Assembly (NCBI GenBank): GCA_963707985.1
Contig: CAVPRW010000015.1
Coordinates: 32,001-96,000, forward strand
Direction of reading: 5' to 3'
DNA length: 64,000 nt
DNA from: an uncultured Nitrospinota bacterium
GTDB lineage: Bacteria > Tectomicrobia > Entotheonellia > J063 > CAVPRW01
Shown: one piece after another, positions 59,998 through 64,000 of the stretch
Position numbering within the stretch: position 1 is the first letter of the stretch
How the letters are laid out: each line of letters starts with the position of its first letter
Program-made: the position numbers and the translations under genes
The notes under the pieces: generated by a model
Database searches by the model: none
Told to the model about the DNA's origin: nothing
What the model saw: only the letters and a program-made list of their open reading frames with translations

Positions 59998-60894
59998 TCA
60001 GCGCGGGTATAATAGCCACCCACGTCGGCCGGTATCCCGGACTCTGAACAGATGACCGCCGCCGCTCGTAACATAGAGTGTGCCGAGATCAGCGTCGCCA
60101 AAGGTGCAGTTCGTCGGCCGATCCACGGGCACTGGGTGCGTTTCCAACACGCGCCCCGAGGGTGTGAAGACGTAGATCATGGGGCCGGGTCCCGCCTCTT
60201 CCCAGCCAGCGCAGGCGATGATATGCCCATTGGTATCCAGGCACATGCCATCGACGCCGCGCTGGACTCCTCGTGCGTCCTGTCCGAACGTATGCAATAC
60301 CGTATAGGCACCCAACGTATCGTCCGCCTGCAGAGGATAGGCCCGCAACTCCCGCGCACCATCATAGTCGCTTTGGGCCACATACAGGGTACGTTCATCC
60401 TGTGACAAGAGGACGCCGTTTGGGGAGGTCGTGTCAACGGTCACGCGCTTGAGGTCCCAGGACCCGTCGGGTTGCGGGTCAAGCCTGAGGACTGAGGCAT
60501 GGTCCAGCTCTCGTTCCTCCTGCGGGCGGCCTCGGCCGAATGGATCTGTGAACCAGATACGTCCTTTACTGTCGATCGCCAGGTCATTTGGCCGGTTGTG
60601 ACGGCGCCCCTGCAACCGATTGGGCAATGGGGTCATGGTACCATTGGGATCAAAGCGCGTGATGCAATGGTTCCCACTCTGGCAGCCGTAGAGGCGACCC
60701 TGGGCATCGAACATCAGCCCGTTGGTGCTCTGTGTCCCAGTGCGGAACTCTGCGCACGCGCCGGTTTGTGGGTCATACCGCATGATACGGTTGCCCGGGA
60801 TGTGGGTGAACAGGAGGGCCTGGCCGTCCCAGGCCGGCCCTTCGGTGGTGCCCCCATAGGGGCCAGCGAGAAGTTCGAATGTCCAATCACTCAT
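59998..60894 (-). CDS. SMP-30/gluconolactonase/LRE family protein
   Basis: TEGPAW, NGLMFD, NRPNDL, PNGVLLS, DGMCLD, PTNCTFG. Confidence 0.92.
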   Translation of the reverse strand: MSDWTFELLAGPYGGTTEGPAWDGQALLFTHIPGNRIMRYDPQTGACAEFRTGTQSTNGLMFDAQGRLYGCQSGNHCITRFDPNGTMTPLPNRLQGRRHNRPNDLAIDSKGRIWFTDPFGRGRPQEERELDHASVLRLDPQPDGSWDLKRVTVDTTSPNGVLLSQDERTLYVAQSDYDGARELRAYPLQADDTLGAYTVLHTFGQDARGVQRGVDGMCLDTNGHIIACAGWEEAGPGPMIYVFTPSGRVLETHPVPVDRPTNCTFGDADLGTLYVTSGGGHLFRVRDTGRRGWLLYPR

Positions 60895-60975
60895 GTCGTT
60901 CCCTCCCACGTGAGGATGAGCCGATTCTCAGGGCCTCATCAAGGTCGCGGTACACCGAGCTAGGTCCACCGTTAG

Positions 60976-61992
60976 TTATTTTTTCTGGGTCGGTACGGGT
61001 ATGCCCGCAATTTTCACGTTGACGGACCCCAAGTGGTTGCGGCTAGTAAAGTACAAGGTTTTCCAGTCATCGCCGCCGAAGGCGAGATTGGTGGTGGCAG
61101 GCGCCCCATGGACGATACGGCCCAGCTTGGTGCCGCGCGCATCCATGATCCAGATGCCCCCTGCCCCGCCACAGTATACGTTACCCTCTATATCCACCTT
61201 CATGCCGTCGGGGACGCCGGGCTCGTCGCCCCCCAGGTCGGCGAAGACCCGGTCGGTCTGCTTCGCCAGGGTGCCGTTGGGCAACAGGTCGAAGGCGCGA
61301 ATGTGGCGACGCCGAGAATCATTAATGTAGAGCACGCTTTCATCAGGGGAGAAGGCGAGGCCGTTGGGCACGACAAAATTCTCGATGAGCAGGGTAAGGG
61401 TGCCCAGATCGGGTGTGATGCGGTATACTCCGGCAAAGGTCAGGTCCCACTGCTCGGGGGGCAGCGGATTGGTCCAGGGATCGGTGAAATAGATGCAACC
61501 ATCAGACTTGACCACCACATCATTGGGACGGTTGAGACGCCGCCCTTGGAAGCTATTGGCGATGACCGTCAGGCTCCCGTCCAACTCTTGCCGGGTGACC
61601 CGCCGGCTGTCATGCTCGCAGGCGAGCAAGCGGCCCTGGAGGTCCCTGGTTAATCCATTGGCACGGTTCGTCGGCTCCTGGAATACGGACACGCCTTGAC
61701 CAGGAACGTACTTCATACGTTTATTGTTATGAATATCGCTGAACAGCAGGTAGCGGCCTTCCTTCCACCAGACAGGCCCTTCGGCGGGCCCCAGGGCACC
61801 GCCGAAGCCATCAGCCAACTCCTGGATGGGCTCTGACGTGGAGAGAATCTTCTCCAGTCCCGGCGCAAATTGCTCAATGCGCTTTGACGATTGGGGAAAC
61901 ACGTTGCTGACACCTTCAGCCATAGCAAGCCCTCCGATCGCAACAGCTATCCTCAACACCTGCCGACGTGAGATCCCATGCCGAACGCTCAT
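60976..61992 (-). CDS. SMP-30/gluconolactonase family protein with putative Tat signal
   Basis: SRRQVL; AEGPVW, NRPNDVV, PNGLAFSPDE, PDGMKVD, TNLAFGG. Confidence 0.92.
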   Translation of the reverse strand: MSVRHGISRRQVLRIAVAIGGLAMAEGVSNVFPQSSKRIEQFAPGLEKILSTSEPIQELADGFGGALGPAEGPVWWKEGRYLLFSDIHNNKRMKYVPGQGVSVFQEPTNRANGLTRDLQGRLLACEHDSRRVTRQELDGSLTVIANSFQGRRLNRPNDVVVKSDGCIYFTDPWTNPLPPEQWDLTFAGVYRITPDLGTLTLLIENFVVPNGLAFSPDESVLYINDSRRRHIRAFDLLPNGTLAKQTDRVFADLGGDEPGVPDGMKVDIEGNVYCGGAGGIWIMDARGTKLGRIVHGAPATTNLAFGGDDWKTLYFTSRNHLGSVNVKIAGIPVPTQKK

Positions 61993-62488
61993 GCTGACCC
62001 CTTCCGGGATATGGGTTGTGTCTACCGACCGAGCATTCGGGGGCATGACCTGGGGTTGTCTCCGGGACTGGCAGCACGTCTGATATCCCCAAGGTCAACC
62101 TCCCGGCGCACCCCAATCCGCACGCAACTATATCATCAACCGCGGCCTTGCGGTATATCTTATCCGTACCTGGCCCACAAACCTGGCGCTGCCACCTCCG
62201 AATGTGCTCTGCACCGATTCCCAATGCTTGTCCAAGGTGCGCCCATGACCTGCTCTGCCGAATAGCTGCCACCGTGGCCAGCGACCGTTCGGGCCTCGTC
62301 AAGCCTTGGTTTGGCCCAATTTCTTCCGAACTCGGTCTATCGGGGGAGATTGTCAGCGCGAGGGCGTAGTCGCATCCCACGCTTGTATGATACCTGCAGT
62401 GTGTTCTGCGCTGGCCTATGATATGCTGCCCCGAACAGCCTGATGACGAGTGAGCGTCGTAGTCATCGACAGTGGAGAGGAAGCAACC

Positions 62489-63381
62489 ATGAAGGAATCG
62501 CACGTGCTCAGGGGAGTCGGATACGGTCTGGCCCTTGTCGTCGCAGGGTCTCTGGTTCAGTGCTTGCGCCCAACCTCAGCCCAAGAAACCCGATGTCGAG
62601 TATGTACCGACGCCGCAGAATGTTGTCGTGGAGATGCTGCAGCTGTTGGCGGTGAAGCCGACCGATATCGTCTACGACCTCGGCTGTGGGGATGGACGGG
62701 TGGTGATCACCGCTGCTAAGCGCTATCAAGCCCGAGGCGTAGGCATCGATGTCGACCCCCAACGGATCAAGGAGAGTCGTGCCAATGCCCGTCGGGCTGG
62801 TGTGGCCAACCGGGTGAAGTTTCTCCAACAAGATCTGTTCGAGACAGATATTCGCGACGCCTCCGTCGTCGCCCTCTATTTACTCCCCGACCTGAATCGG
62901 AAGTTGCGTCCCAAGCTCTTGAGCACCCTCCGACCTGGGACTCGTGTCGCGTCGCATGACTTCGACATGGGAGATTGGCACCCCGATAAGGTCATCTATG
63001 TGAAGGGGCCAGCATATGAACATACCGTGTACTACTGGGTCATCCCAGCCAACGTCGACGGGGCATGGCAGATGAGTGTGCCAACCTCCACAGGAGAGCG
63101 GCGCTATCTGCTGCGCATCCAGCAACAGTATCAGGAGGTTCGCGGCACCGTGAGCGCAGAGGGGGAAGCCATTCTGATCAGCAATGCGACGCTGATGGGT
63201 GATCACCTGGGCTTCACCGTGACCGCTGACCATGCAAGGCGAAGAGGTGAAGATGGCCTTCGATGGGCGCGTCAGCGATGATGCCATCCGCGGCAGCGTA
63301 GACGTGCAAGGCGGCACCAAGACAGGTCGGTTTGATTGGTCAGCTCAACGCGAAGGTCGGAGTCCTAGCATTCCGCGGTAA
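62489..63381 (+). CDS. exported class I SAM-dependent methyltransferase-like protein; two apparent frameshifts (~62547, ~63225)
   Basis: DVEYVPTP, YDLGCGDGR, LRPGTRVASHDFDMGDW; the signal peptide MKESHVLRGVGYGLALVVAG and the C-terminal LTMQGEEVKMAFDGRV are in other frames. Confidence 0.8.
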
Positions 63382-63614
63382 CGCTGAGTCATTTGAGGAC
63401 CGTGACTGTGGCGTAAGGAAGCACAACCCTCTTGTACCTGAGAGCCGCCTCGACACACGACGAAGATCCTCTGATCGTGCACGGGTTCGAGGGTATGAAG
63501 ACCGGCGCGGCTCTCCACTCCAGCGGCTTTCTGGCCCTCCAGGAGGCCAGCGTTGGAGGGCCCATCAAAGCGGTCGTGGTCTTGCCCATGTGAATTGGCC
63601 TGCGGTGAATAGGC

Positions 63615-64000
63615 CTACAGGGTCCGCAGAAACGCCACCAGATCCTTCTTCTCCGACTCGGTGAGTTTCACTCCCAAGGTCAAATTGAAAAACTCCACTG
63701 TGTCCTCCAGCGTCAGCAGCCTTCCGTCGTGGAGGTAGGTCGGAGAGTCTTTAATGCCGCGCAAAGGAAAGGTCTTGATAGGGCCGTCGGCGGCTGCCAT
63801 CCGGCCGTTGATCAGCTGGGGCTTATAGAAACGCTCGGCTCTGAGGTTATGCATGAGGTTGTCGGTGTAGTAGGGTGGTGGATGACAGGTGCTGCATTGG
63901 GCTTTGCCGAAGAACAGCTCCTGCCCACGCCGCTCGGCCTCGGTGGCTTGTTGAGTATCCAGCTGGCCCAAGACGGTGAGTTTAGGCGCGGGCGGAAAAT
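63615..64000 (-). CDS. c-type cytochrome (cytochrome c peroxidase-like C-terminal domain); 5' end outside the window
   Basis: RGQELFFGKAQCSTCH, KTFPLRG...YLHDGRLLTLEDTVEFF...EKKDLVAFL. Confidence 0.85.
   Translation of the reverse strand, partial: FPPAPKLTVLGQLDTQQATEAERRGQELFFGKAQCSTCHPPPYYTDNLMHNLRAERFYKPQLINGRMAAADGPIKTFPLRGIKDSPTYLHDGRLLTLEDTVEFFNLTLGVKLTESEKKDLVAFLRTL

Noticed and set aside
1..64000. CRISPR array, tRNA, rRNA
   Set aside because: No regularly spaced 23-47 bp repeats, cloverleaf/T-loop context or rRNA-like sequence seen by eye.

Overview
A GC-rich (~60%) bacterial chromosomal window. The gene content (LLM oxidoreductases, paralogous peptide-ABC binding proteins, Gld-type ABC system, minCDE, sigma54 two-component system) suggests a Tectomicrobia/Entotheonella-like or deltaproteobacterial-type genome; this taxonomy is inferred only. 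Most of it is housekeeping or catabolic: a tandem CoA-transferase, dpp-type ABC genes, minCDE, a gldA/F/G-like-DUF4340 operon, comM/yifB, tatBC, purA-hisZ, serA, fabH-cysM, selD, thiI, a hemQ-like gene, glcDEF and two SMP-30 lactonases. An accessory scrapyard at ~19.9-24.1 kb holds a broken TIR-domain gene, an IS110 relic and other gene fragments. Features the ORF track misses or truncates: selD is a selenoprotein (in-frame TGA plus SECIS hairpin); a DUF1328 gene; a 21-aa Lys-rich micro-ORF behind an RHH gene and a structured spacer; an orphan 3' end of an ABC binding-protein gene; several sigma54 promoters. The most unusual signal is the IS110 relic: relative to family motifs it carries dense, almost exclusively A:T->C:G substitutions, while the TIR gene it abuts shows no obvious such load, which may point to element-targeted hypermutation. 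Several single-base frameshifts, including one in purA, look like long-read homopolymer errors. No tRNA, rRNA or CRISPR array was seen.
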